In this document: one piece after another, positions 8,388 through 21,216 of the stretch
Layout: each line of letters starts with the position of its first letter
Numbering within the stretch: the first letter of the stretch is position 1
NCBI GenBank assembly: GCA_051942205.1
Contig: JAVECO010000199.1
Coordinates: 1-40,046 of the forward strand
Direction: 5' to 3'
Origin: Coniocarpon cinnabarinum
Lineage: Eukaryota
Length of the DNA stretch: 40,046 nt
Position numbers and translations under genes: made by a program
Notes under the pieces: model-generated
What the model was told of the DNA's origin: nothing
The model's input: only the letters and a program-made list of their open reading frames with translations
Database searches by the model: none

Positions 8388-11221
8388 CTATCTGATGACC
8401 CCACACTCCTTTTCAATACCGTGCAGACTTTCCAGAATGCTGCTGCCACCTAAGAGACCTGCTCGGCCCCCTACTGCAGATGAACCTCGATCGCTTTTGG
8501 ACTTTTTGTTATCTGCCCACACTTCGTGAAATTTGATAGTGCCCTCGCTGCTCGCCACGACAATGCAACCTTCCTCGCCGGTCCGTCTGGTCCACGGAAG
8601 ACCATCGATGGTACGATGGGCTGGCGGCGCCTGTCTGGAAGGATAGCTTTCTTGCAAGTCTGGGCGCAGCGTACCTGCGTTGGGTGCCGCGCCAAATGAC
8701 GGTTGGCTAAATCGACGCAGGCGTCTACGGGTCGCCGCATCTTGATTGGGTGCTGCAGCAGCTTGCTGCTGATGGGACTGAGCAGCGTCACTGGGTCCAC
8801 TGGGATAGCTGATTGCGTACAAGGCACGAATATCATCGACCCAAGGGATCGCAACGACTTGCTGACAGCTTGGCCATGCGTATACCACGATGCGATACGG
8901 GTGCTCTGGTTGTGACGCAAACCCAAACGTAGCCACAATCTCACGTCGTCGTGTGCTCCAAATGAGACTGGTGACTTGAGCTGCACACTCGATCATTGCT
9001 AGCGACGCTCCTGAGATGGTGTGAAAGAAATGAATGGCTCGATCATTCGATCCGCCACCAGCAGCGAGCAACCCACGCTGCCAAGGACAGAAAGCTATTG
9101 CCTTCACCGCTGCATTGAGGCGCCAGATGTGCTTGGCGTCAATAGCTCTCAGGACTGTCTCGGGCGAGTTGAGCAAACGTTTGAAGTCGAAAAGACAACA
9201 GAGGTTGTCGTTTCCACCCGTTGCGAGAAATTCGCCATCGTTTGACCAAGCAATGCCGCAGATTTGCTGATCGTGGACGTCAAGTTGCGCATGGCGCTGA
9301 AAGCCTCCGTGCCAGTTGAAAAGGTCTCGCTCTCTTGTTTTAGGCCAGTCAATAAAGTAGATATTGACTAAACCGAGCTCATCACCGATAGCCAGGACCT
9401 CTTGATCACTGCCAACATAATCGAGGTTCAATGATGAACGACGAACAGGCAGAGGCCGGAACGAGCAATTAACAGCCGAGCGATCCACATCAATCTTAAT
9501 GAAACGCTGTACTTCGTCCAGTGGGCTGTAAAGCATGACGACGCCGTTTACTCTGGCGACAGCTAAAACTGCATTGCCACTCACAACAGATGAGAACGAA
9601 AGCGAAGTAACATAAGAGAGGCGCGTTCCAGGAGACGGTTGTAGCTGGTCCGGAGTTGGCATGACTCCCTTTCCCTCGGACCACAAAAATACCTTCTCGC
9701 CGAGCGCTACAGCAAGACGATCAGCCGTGTGTGAGTACGCAAGCACCGAGCAGTAGTAGTCATCACGGAGATGCGGCGCCTCAAGCACTGTGCAACCTGT
9801 TAGCCGGGACATGTAGCCATGAAACAACCAGTACATATCTAAAGGCCACGGTTGGGAACTTTTTGCGCGGCGTTGGAGCGCGCTTTGGACCTGAGGGACG
9901 AAGAATCAGCAAAAGGTTTGTAAAATCATTTGTAGTACAAGCGCTTACTACGGACTGATCCGTCTTTCGTCCATGAATTGTCTATCCATCTAATTTTTCC
10001 ATAGCCGCCATCGTGCTACATTGGCAGACCGGGCGAAATGGCTGTCGGCCACGCCTGTGTAGCAAACGGCGCAGACTGTGTCCTAAACGTGCTGGAGACC
10101 TGGCTAAGGATCTTGTTCGCCGAATCTATGTCGCATGCTAGCGCGAGGCGCTTACAGTGAAGACTGAGGTCGCTTTCGGAGGTGATACTGCCTAAAAATC
10201 GAGACCTGTGTACTGGGACATTCGCACGCCCATCGCTCGGCTCCTGGTGTGCGCTCGGCGTAGGCCAAGCTCGGGCTTGACCGCTTGCACTGGCGCGCGC
10301 TGGAGATTCACTTGGCCGGAGATTGTCTCTGTTCAACATGTCGTCCCGTGGTTGACCATCGCTGACAAAGCTGGGTCGCAGCACTCGCCGATGCGAACGA
10401 GCTGTCTGATCGCTGGCATTGTGTAATACAATTCGAAAATCAGGACCAAAGGGATCCGACCGATTTGTGCGGCGACGAAAGCTCTTTTCCTGTACGCTTA
10501 GCTTCGAGGTTAATTCATTTACGTACAGCCCCTCGTGCGAATGTTTGATGTCAAATCTTGGGTTGACGAATCTGTCTGGCATGTTGGACGGAGACTTGGC
10601 AGCATTCAAAGCTGGCTGCCAAGGACGTACTCGGGCGCGTCGAACAGGATAGACGTTGTTTCGGTGGCGGTCTCGTGGGCCATCTCGTAGTGTCGCCAAG
10701 GCATTGCAGGAGTCAAATGACACGAGTAATTTCTCGTCTGGAAAATCTGAGTCTTCTCCGTCCAGCCCACCTTGACTATGCTCGCCTGTCCCATAGCGTC
10801 TCAAACGCACACAATCAATGCCACTCAATGTTGGAGCACATTCAAGTGGCGGTTTCGTCGAGGGCCGTGTAGTCTTAACCTCCTAAATTGAACGCAAATT
10901 TACTTTCTTCTCCTTCAGCTTGGCGCAGACGGGAGGCGGAGCATTTTCCCCTTTTGAACTATTCGGGAGTTTTACAGACGCGCGCGAGATCTCATGCTGT
11001 GGGAGACGCTCTGTAAGACTTGCATGCCTTTGAACATTATGCTGAGTTTGGGATTCGAGGCGGATGTTTGATGTAGTTGCGGAGAGCGGTAGAGACTCAT
11101 GGGAACCGACTGCTTCCTCTGTGCAGGAAGTCGTCCTTTGTTGATTCTGAGCACGTTTCGAAGAAGAGATTGGAGTGTTCAGCAGAGCTGAAAAGTGTTC
11201 ATCCTGCGACAGATTGCCCAT
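8388..11221 (-). CDS. AMA1: Ama1-like Cdc20/Fizzy-family WD40 APC/C activator; proposed exons 11221-9949, 9890-9839, 9789-8388, with two in-frame TAG codons
   Basis: C-box-like PDRFVNPR, VLEAPHLRDDYYCSVLAYS, HDQQICGIAWS, ATGGNDN, AAVKAIAFCPWQRGLLAAGGGSNDRAIHFFHT, QVTSLIWS and a C-terminal IR tail (GVIR). Exon lengths sum to 2727 nt (909 codons). The 5' end, one AT-AC intron and decoding of the TAGs are inferred. Confidence 0.8.
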
Positions 11222-11531
11222 CTCGAACCCCGAAATGGGGCAGAGATTGGGCGAGCCTGTGGTGATGTGCTTGCCGCCACATTGGGCCAGTGTGATCCAC
11301 AAGACTCCGCGAAGTAGCTTCTGGGTTTGTTGTCTTTGTGCGCTATAAATATCAATAATGATGTGCTGAAAATGAAGAGTCGAAGCGTCCGGATCACGCA
11401 AATGGAACAAAGTAAACAGTTCTTGGCGTCCAGGAACAGATGACGTATATGAAGGCAGCAGCGATGGACACAATTGAACTTTCAAGCGAGCGGCCAAGTG
11501 GCCCCAATAATGTGCTCAATGACATGTGAGC

Positions 11532-12762
11532 ATGGCCAGTGTAAGAAGATCCGTATGGGTATCAGACGCTGTGACATAATGCTGACAAGCTACGATTAGC
11601 ACGATGTGCTACGGACGTCGCGTCGACCATTATCCGAAGAAGATCGCAAAAAAGTAATCTCGAAGATCGAAGCTTACAAGAAACTTGAAAAGCAAATATT
11701 TCAAGCTGTCAGGAAGTCCGTACACTACATCAAGCTTTGTGACGCCCTAACATTTTTCAGGTCCAGTCCCAAAACCTATCCGAGGAAACATTGGGCTTGA
11801 CTTCAAAGCTGCTCAAAGGAACGCCCGAATGTGACGGAAACCCCGAGTATTATACTGTGTGGAACCATCGCAGACGTGTCTTGATCAAGCTCTTTGAGGT
11901 TGATGTGGCAAGCATCCATGGTCGTCTGAAGAACGAGCTAGGCTTCCAGCTCCCTTTGCTTAAGAGATATCCGAAGTGCTACTGGTTGTGGAATCACAGG
12001 CGATGGATCCTCGCGCAAACGATAAAAAGGCTTCCGCAAGCGCAAGCACATCAATTTTGGCAAGAAGAACTCGCACTTGACAGCATGATGCTCACTCGAG
12101 ACAACCGTAACTTTCATGGTTGGAACTACCGGCGGCGTATTATTGAGCAGCTACAGAACTTTTCCAGACATCTATGCGACGAGAACACATCTCAAAAACC
12201 AGTTTCAAATTCGAGTATCAGTCGTGAGCATCAACTCCTTGAAGACGAATTTGCGTACACAAAGAAAATGGCGAGCGGCAGTCTCAGCAACTTCTCCGCT
12301 TGGCATCAGCGAGCAAAGCTCATACCTAAGATCTTGCAATTGCGTGTAGCATCAAAGGATCAGCGAGCTGCGCTATTTGATGCAGAACTCGGTTACATTC
12401 GGGAGGCAGTACTTGCAGACCCTTGGAATCAGAGCCTGTGGTTCTATCACGATTACATGATCACTGTACTCATGGATGAAAGCGGCGACGCTTGGGTCAA
12501 TCTCACGAATCAGGACAGGGAAGAATATATGAGAAACGAGATCACGGAGATAAAAGAGGTCCTGGATGATACAGATGACTGCAAATGGATCTACCAGGGA
12601 CTACTCAGTTTAATGGAAGCATACCTCAAGGTTGACGGTGGCAATCAGGGAAGCGTCTTCACAACTAAGGATCTGAGAAACTGGCTGAGTAAGCTCGAGA
12701 CTATAGATCCTCTTCGCAAAGGACGCTGGCATGATTGGAGAGCCAGACTCAAACTCGAGTGA
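11532..12762 (+). CDS. BET4: Rab geranylgeranyltransferase (GGTase II) alpha subunit, exons 11532-11540, 11600-11707, 11761-12762
   Basis: Starts MASHDV. Has PPTA repeats NPEYYTVWNHRR, PKCYWLWNHRRW, DNRNFHGWNYRR, SNFSAWHQR and DPWNQSLWFYH, and ends with IDPLRKGRW. Confidence 0.93.
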
Positions 12763-12815
12763 GAAATCAAGGCATCATCGATTATTAAGAGACAGACAAA
12801 AATATCGAGCCATAT

Positions 12816-14520
12816 CTAGCTTCCGCGCTCCCCTCTGAGCTCGTCATATCGCAAAACAGCATCTGTCAGGACCTGTCCGCCACGTGCACAATCATCTGGT
12901 GCACAATACTCCTCAGGATTGTGGCTGATACCATCTTTGCAAGGTACAAAAATCATGGTGGTGGGGCACACTCGATTGGTGTAGACACTGTCGTGTCCTG
13001 CTCCACTTGTCACATTTATCGTGCCTTCTGGACCTACCCCATCAGCCTCGTTTGCTGCTGCTTGGACGCAGCTGACGCAGTCGCGGTGAAAAATCACGGC
13101 ATCCGAAACGGTGTCGACTTTCCAATCCACTTTGACCTTATCTCTGGGCTCGCTCACGTTATCATTAGCGAGTGCATGACCATTGGCAATGTCGGAAAAG
13201 GTCTCTCGTAGGATTTGTAAGGTCCTATCTCTAACCTCGTTTGACTTGGCTCGTACATCCAGGCTCATTCTCACGCTTCCAGGAACTGTATTCACTGCAC
13301 CCGGCTTAGCTTCTAAAATACCAATTGTAGCCAAAGCCTCTTGTTGATGGGCCACGCTCCTTGCCGCTACCACCATCTTGGCTGCCGCAAGCAGCGCATC
13401 TGCACGCGATCCAAAGTCAGTGGTCCCTGTGTGACTTGAGCGGCCAGTGATGTTGATGGTATTCCAAGTGTAGCTCTGTACACCTCTGACGATACCAATC
13501 TGCTTATGAGCGCGTTCCAGAAGGGGTCCCTGTTCGATGTGAAGCTCGAAATGAGCAGCTAGCGGTATATGTTCATGTCCAACTGGTTGGATCCCACCCT
13601 CGCCTGAAGTATAACTTTAGCCATGGCGGTTCTTAAAGGAAGAGCCGTGCAGAACAAATTGAACTGCCCAAAAGGATGCACGATCATTCATCACAACACA
13701 TTCATATGAGAGCATCCGCGAAGAAGATGACTGACCTTCGCTGTAGCCAAGCCGCTCAAGCTCAAAGCCCATAGTAATATCTTCCTGACCCGGAACAACC
13801 GATTTTAGATTCAAAGCAGTCTCGACAGGAATAGCGCCACTCCACACTCCAGACGACACCATTGAGATTGGGAACCTGGCCCCCTCCTCATTCGTCCAGT
13901 TCACGACCGCTACGGGATAGTTCGTCTCAGTATTTGAGCTGTGCAAAGCCCGTAGCAATGACATTCCCGCCGTCACGCCTAAAATGCCATCATATCGCCC
14001 TCCCATCGGCTGAGTATCTAAGTGAGACCCTGCAGCTGTTGGAGGTCCGTCACTCCTGCCAGGACGCATGGCAAATTGGTTTCCCATTGTATCTGTTGTG
14101 ACTTTGCATCCGAGCGACTCGCAAGACTCCTGGAACCAATCACGTGCTGTCTTGTCGGCATCTGTCAATGTTAGACGAGACATACCAGTCTCTGTCGCCT
14201 GTCTTGCGCTAGAGTCAGCGCATTTGACTCAACACGTCCGTTCCACGTCTCACTCATCATGCTCTGGCACCATGCATACGAAGCTTGGACATTGGAACAT
14301 GCGCTGACCTCACTTGTGCCAGCCGGGAGACCTAAGAATCCACAAAAGTGATCAGGGCTGCCACTCACGGTCCATAGCGTTGTCCGATACCCCACTGAGC
14401 GCTGTGGTGAATGTCATGCAAGAGGGCGTCCTTGTCAATCCTGAGATGAGTGAGTGCGCGGCGTTGGAACAGATGTCGTCGACATCCTTTCCATAGCAAG
14501 GGCCGGACGAAGCTCGTCAT
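12816..14520 (-). CDS. M20-family hydantoinase/carbamoylase amidohydrolase (beta-ureidopropionase-like), at least 2 introns
   Basis: GMSRLTLTDADK, GSHLDTQPMGGRYDGILGV, NWTNEEGARFP, AHFELHIEQGP, HTGTT, SGAGHDS and FVPCKDGISHNPEE. ATG 14520 gives an Arg-rich, presequence-like N-terminus (MTSFVRPLLWKGCRRHLFQRR). Intron boundaries are approximate. Confidence 0.88.
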
Positions 14521-15314
14521 TATACAATTAGTCCTCAATGAAATTCACGCAAAGTTTATGCAGCCCGTTGACGAAGGCAATCCAGATCTTGTACATGCTC
14601 TCAATTGAAGGGACTCTGAGCTTCCTTCTCTATTGATCCTCAATCGACTCGGTTGAAACTTGCCCGAGTCGACCAACTCGATGACGGAAGGTTCACATTG
14701 GCTACCTAAATGTGGTTACTTATAGCTTTGCGACTGTTTGAAAAATTCTGGAATTGCCCATCCAGATGAGGCGAATTGTCTGTGTTTACTCTATTGTCTC
14801 TGGAGCAACGTGCTTACATAATGCTTCAATGATTCCAATTTCTTGACGCCAAGCCTGCGCTCAGCCTTATGTTTGATGGATAGAATATCACGTGCCGTAT
14901 CTTGTGTTCTTACAGCAAGGCAGAGTTGCCGTCCTACATCTGATTATGTGAATTGTTGCTGACCTTCATGATAGCGCAACACGTCTGAGAATTGCTTGGC
15001 GCTTGCATTCGTCATGTTTATGCGGCAGAATATACCCAAGAGTGAAGAAAAGCCGTGTAACATCCGATCTGCGCAAGGCTGCATATATTATGCAAGCGAC
15101 ACAGTGAAAGCTAGATAACGGCCCATTTCTTTATTTTCCTTGACATAGGTCCCTCGAGCATTTTCTTAGCTTGCAGTCGTGGTTTCTAAGTAATAAAGAT
15201 TGACCATCATCTCCGTAGTCCTTTATAGGAGAGCTTTGTTAATGTTCCATGCTTCATTAAAAAATCATTCGTGTTCGCTTCAACGCTTGCTTCTGATCCA
15301 TCATTAGCCCCGTC

Positions 15315-18300
15315 ATGGACACTCAAGAGCGGGTCTTTGAGCCGCGCCCGTATCAGCTGGAGATGTTTGATCAGAGTATGAAACGAAATGTCATTGTAGC
15401 AGTAAGTTAGGTCTTCGCCCACAGCAACCGAGACATACTGACAATGCGGGAGATGGACACTGGCACCGGCAAGACCCACGTGTAAGTACGATGTCTCCCC
15501 ATCAACCACTATGGCTAAAAGCATTTCTCAGAGCTGTCCTGCGTATTCAAGCCGAGTTAGAAAGGTGCAGTGTCGAGCAGGTGCGTCACCGTGCCTTTAA
15601 AGGACTCCCCAGTGTCGGCGAAATCCATTGACAGAAGAAGTTTGCGTGGTTTATTGGGCCCAAAGTCGCTCTCTGCGAGCAGCAACATGACGTGTTGCGA
15701 AATACGCTTCCTGCATTTGAACATCTCCTCCTTTCAGGTGCCGATGGCGTTGACAAATGGTCCGATGAGAGAACCTGGCAAGTGGTTCTCAAAGGCGTTC
15801 GTGTTGTTGTCTCTACAGCAGATGTACTCAAAGATGCCCTGAGTAATGGCTTTGTGGAATTGCCTCGAATTGCGATCTTGGTTTTCGATGAAGGTAACAA
15901 TTAAGCGATATTGGCCTGTCCAATCTCATTGACAAGCTCTAGCTCATCACTGCACCAAGGGCCATGGCATGAATAGGATCATGACGGATTTTTACTTTCA
16001 TCATAAGCGACAAGGACAACATGTTCCTTCTATACTAGGGTTGACTGCCAGCCCAATCCGAAAGATGAAAGTTGACCTGATACGGTGCGAGGATTGATCC
16101 TTTCCAATTACCAAACAGTCAAGTCGGACTGATCCGATTCTGCAGAGAGATCGAAAGCAACCTTGACAGTACCATCATCACGCCAAAGGTGCATCGGTCT
16201 GAGCTTATTCGGCATGCTAATCGCCCTAGCACTGATATCCTTGTGTACGACCTGGACATGGATCCGCGTGCGTCGACTTTGGTACAGTGTCTCGCAAGTA
16301 CGTACCGGTCATACGACTTCGACACCGATCCATACATCATAGAATTGAGAGAGAACTCAGATGCCTCGGTCACAGCCCAACGAGCCATCGACAGAAGGCA
16401 AACTTTCTGCACCAAACAATTGAAGATTGTTTTGAACCAGAGTATAGAACTCGGAACAAACGTTGGCCCCACTGCAGCGGATTGGTTCCTAAGGAAATGT
16501 ACAGGAAAGATGCAAAGCATACCTGATGATAATCAGGCGCTCTTCACCGCAGATTGGTCGCAGTCGGAAAGAGCACACCTGATGGAGATTATGCAAAGCA
16601 TTTGCGAAAGTGAGCCCGTGGGTTTCGATCAAGCCTATTTCTCCAGCAAGTTTCAAACGTTGGTGTCAACGCTGTTGTCAAGAGCTGGCTCGACTCGTGG
16701 CAGACTCACTTGCATCGTGTTTGCACGACAAAGGGCGACCGTTTCAGCGCTGACTCATTTCCTTTCAAATATGAGCGATGTTCAATCATACTTTTCTTGC
16801 GGAAGTTTCGTAGGATCGGCGGCCTACTCAAGCAGGCGTTCAAATTTGGGCGAGTTGGCTGATGTGAAAGCGCAGAAGTCCTTTCTGGGGGCTTTTAGAG
16901 CCGGTAGCATCAACCTCATGGTTTCCACTGATGTTCTAGAAGAAGGCATTGACATACCAGCGTGCAATCTCGTGATTTGTTTCGATCCTCCCCAACACTT
17001 GACTTCCTTCATTCAAAGAAGAGGTCGAGCAAGGCAGGGCCAGTCTGAATATCTGATCATGTTGCCGAATGATACAGCAAAGATCTTAGAGTGGCAGACC
17101 GCGGAGAATATGCTGTTGCAAATCTATGCCGATGAAGAGCGACAGAGGTCAGGTAAACAGCAGATTGAAGAAATGGTCGAGGACGCCGACGAAGAGTTTC
17201 GCATCGAGGAGACAGGGTGAGTACTATGTTCATGCTCAACTTTTCACCATCTAATGTTGTCAAGCGCCCTTCTCAATTTTGATAATGTTTTAGCTCGCCT
17301 TCATCATTTTTGCAACACTCTCCGCGGACAATTTATTGATACCAAACCTTGTTTCTCAGTCGAGAATGAGGGATTTGAGGGTATACTGCGATCTGCCAGT
17401 GTTTCACTACCTGCAACATTGCAGCCAGAGCTCAGAAAGGGTCAATCTTCAAGCATTTGGAGAAGCGAAAAACGGGCGAAGCAGGACGCAGCTTTTGATG
17501 CGTACAAAAAGCTGTATGCGGCTGGGCTCGTGAATGAACACCTTCTACCGACATATGTAAGGGTGCCGGCAGACGGAATATCAGATGCACAAGAAACAGC
17601 CGGCGCTCTCCTTGACGTCAACCCACTTTTTAGTCCTTGGATGCGAGTCGCGCGATGCTGGTTAGAAGAGCCTCTGGACGTTTACGCCCATGAGTTGAGC
17701 ATGAAAAGCTCTGGCAGGACTGTGTCGAGTGGTACCCTGCTTTGGCCGGCGATTTTACCATCTTTTGATCCATTTACAGTATACTTGGATCATGTCAGCA
17801 CACTCCAGATCGGCGTCAAAGTGAGCAATGCGACCTGGAAAGGAGACCTCAATGCTGCCAGACAAGCCAACAAGATGCTGAATCAAAATGTGTTCCGCAA
17901 TCTGCCATTGAGCGAATCCACAGACTTTATTGCAGTCCTAGTGCCTAACAATGATCTCAACAGGTGGCTGAATACCGTACAAAGAGATCAAAGTCTACAG
18001 AAGATCAGCGACAAGAGAGGTTTGATCACACTTGATCACACACGACCTAACGTGCCTCATATTTGCATCTCCTCCGAATGGGCAGTACCAACTGCACTGC
18101 CAACCAGACGAGTGGACGAAACCGGTGTGCAAATTCCGGCAGAGCCAACGTCATGCGCTTTACTAAAGCGAATCGCGCGTCCACGAAACTTTCTCCAGCG
18201 GATGGCTGAGTCACAGCAGAAAGCCGATCTACGGAAGCGAAAGCAGCGTTTGGTCCCGCTGGATGTCTGCTCTACGAACAAAATCACATGGTCGGAGGCA

Positions 18301-20016
18301 CTGCCTGCATACATTCTGCCTTCAATTCTCCGCCATTTGAGAAACGCCATGGTTGCAGAGGAGTTACGAACGACAATTCTCGCTCCAGTTGCGCTGAGTC
18401 GTACAGATCTCATATTTGAGGCCATTTGCTCATCCCGCGCGAGCGAACAAGTCAATTATCAGAGACTGGAGTTCCTAGGTGACTGCGTGTTGAAGCTTCT
18501 AACGGCTATGCATGTGATGGCTGAAAGACCCAACGCGCCTGAAGCGCAGCTCACGGCCATTAAAGAGCATATCGTCTCCAACAAACGTCTCGCAAAGGCT
18601 GCACTAGCAAAAGGCCTTGATAAATTCATCATCGATGATCGGTTTACTGGCAGCTACACCAATGTCCCTACCATTAACGACGTTCTGGCGGAGTCTGAAA
18701 CTGCTGGAGCTGCTCGCCAGATGTCTCGCAAGACCGTCGCAGACGTCGTCGAATCGCTCATCGGAGCCGCCTTCCTTGAAGGTTCCGGACCTGGCAACGA
18801 TATCGAAGCGGGACTCGCGAAGGCTCTCGACTGCGTGTCACTCTTCTTCGAGGATATCCAATGGCAATCGCTTAAGTCCATGAAAGCTCAGATTCTGAAG
18901 AACGAGCTGCCACCATCTTCCCACTACGAGGCATACGCATCGAAACTGTCTTCGGAGCGTAGGTGTCAATTAAAGGAAATGTTGGGACATATCTTCCAGC
19001 ACGCACCACTTCTGATTACGGCGCTCACACATCCCAGTCAGAATACAGACATCTCATTACGAACTTACGATCGTCTTGAACTACTAGGCGATGCACTGCT
19101 CGATCTCCAAGTAACGACATATCTCTTTCGTCATGAACCCGCGCTATCACAAGGTCGGCTGCACACATTACGGACTTGCTGTGTGAATGAGCATCTCCTC
19201 TCGCACGCATGCATGTCCAGAACTATCTCCATCCAGCGCACTACAAAACCATCTCTGGCAGCGCTTAACAATGGCATCGCTTTTGAGCCTAGCACCGAGA
19301 TATCAGAGCATCCGTTATGGCATTTCATGCGCCGTGACACAATGTCATACGAGCTCAGCAACGCCCTAAACACCGCAAGCGCAGCGCATGACTCACAATC
19401 ATCGACAATCACGTCGATGCTTGAAAGCGGCAAGACATATCCTTGGTCCGAACTCATGAGCGTCGGCGCACCCAAGTGCATGAGCGACATAATTGAATCG
19501 ATCCTCGCAGCAGTCTGGCTCGATGCCGACACCGGAAGCATCAATGACGCCTTTGCAGCCGCTGAGCTCCTGCTCGAACAATTTGGAATCCAGCAGGTCA
19601 TGCAACGGCTTACTTCTGACAATGTGGAAGGCATGAATCCAAAGGAGCGACTTTACGTCCTCGCAAAGGGCGAGTCTGTCGAGTTCAAGTCCATCAAAGA
19701 TGACGAATCGAGCAATGCAGAGACTTTGCAAGGGGATGAAGACGATGAGATAAAGATGCAGGCCACCATGACGTTGCTCGTTGCGGGGCAGGAAGTGGCG
19801 CACAGAAAGCCTGAAAGTGTGAAGACGACGGAGGCTATGACCGCAGGAAAGGTCAACGAGCTGAATCAGTGGCGATTAGCAGTCCTAGCGATCGGGGGCT
19901 GGAACGAGGAGGGTGGCGGTGCTGAGATTGTGAGGAATGTTAAGGCACAAAGAGCAGCGGAGAAGGCAGCGAAGGAGGGAGAAAACGATGAAAGCGAGGA
20001 CGGTGAGGATGACTGA
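15315..20016 (+). CDS. DCL2: Dicer-like protein 2 (DExH helicase, Dicer dimerisation domain, two RNase III domains, dsRBD-like end), about 7 exons
   Basis: RPYQLEMF, MDTGTGKT, VFDEAHHC, LGLTASP, STDVLEEGIDIPACN and FIQRRGRAR in the helicase. RNase IIIa has QRLEFLGD and ADVVESLIGA; RNase IIIb has DRLELLGD and SDIIESILAA. DCL2 rather than DCL1 is inferred from the short N-terminus and overall layout. Confidence 0.9.
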
Positions 20017-20562
20017 AATTGCTCTGATGATGACTGACACGACCTTTCCGGGTTCACAAGAGCTCAATGGCTCACAAATGGCAATGCATAGCGTCTTTTA
20101 TTGAAAGACTTACGTGCTTTCATATTATGCCTGCCATTCACGCCATTGCAATTATTACGCTCCTGAGCTAAGAGGGTTATCCGGGGAAGCAGAAGGCAAT
20201 GTTCATGATGCCACTCGGAATATGACAGGCGCAAAAGCACGTGCAGATGCCCGCTTTGGCAAACATCGATCGAACAGACTCTCACGGTGAGCAAGCCAGC
20301 GTTTGCAAATCAAGCTCAATTTCGTAGACTGACAAGTAGCGACTGGAATGGTGCTATAATGCGTGCAAGATCGCCGGCGTGTTCTGAGATGTATGCACCC
20401 TCGTGCGCGTGTTTGTCTCCTCTTTTCAAGCAGGTTGAGCAACGTACGCCGAGAAATATTGCGTGAAGTCGGACGCGTTCAAACTCGCAAGACTGACTCG
20501 ACTAATCGCAGCACACCATCCGATATCGCATGCTTGTTGTCATCGTCATGCCTAAAGACCCC

Positions 20563-21216
<654 letters not shown>

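Noticed and set aside
14210..14368. Possible nested intron or microexon in amidohydrolase intron 1
   Set aside because: The internal unit would be only about 37 nt; a single intron already keeps the frame.
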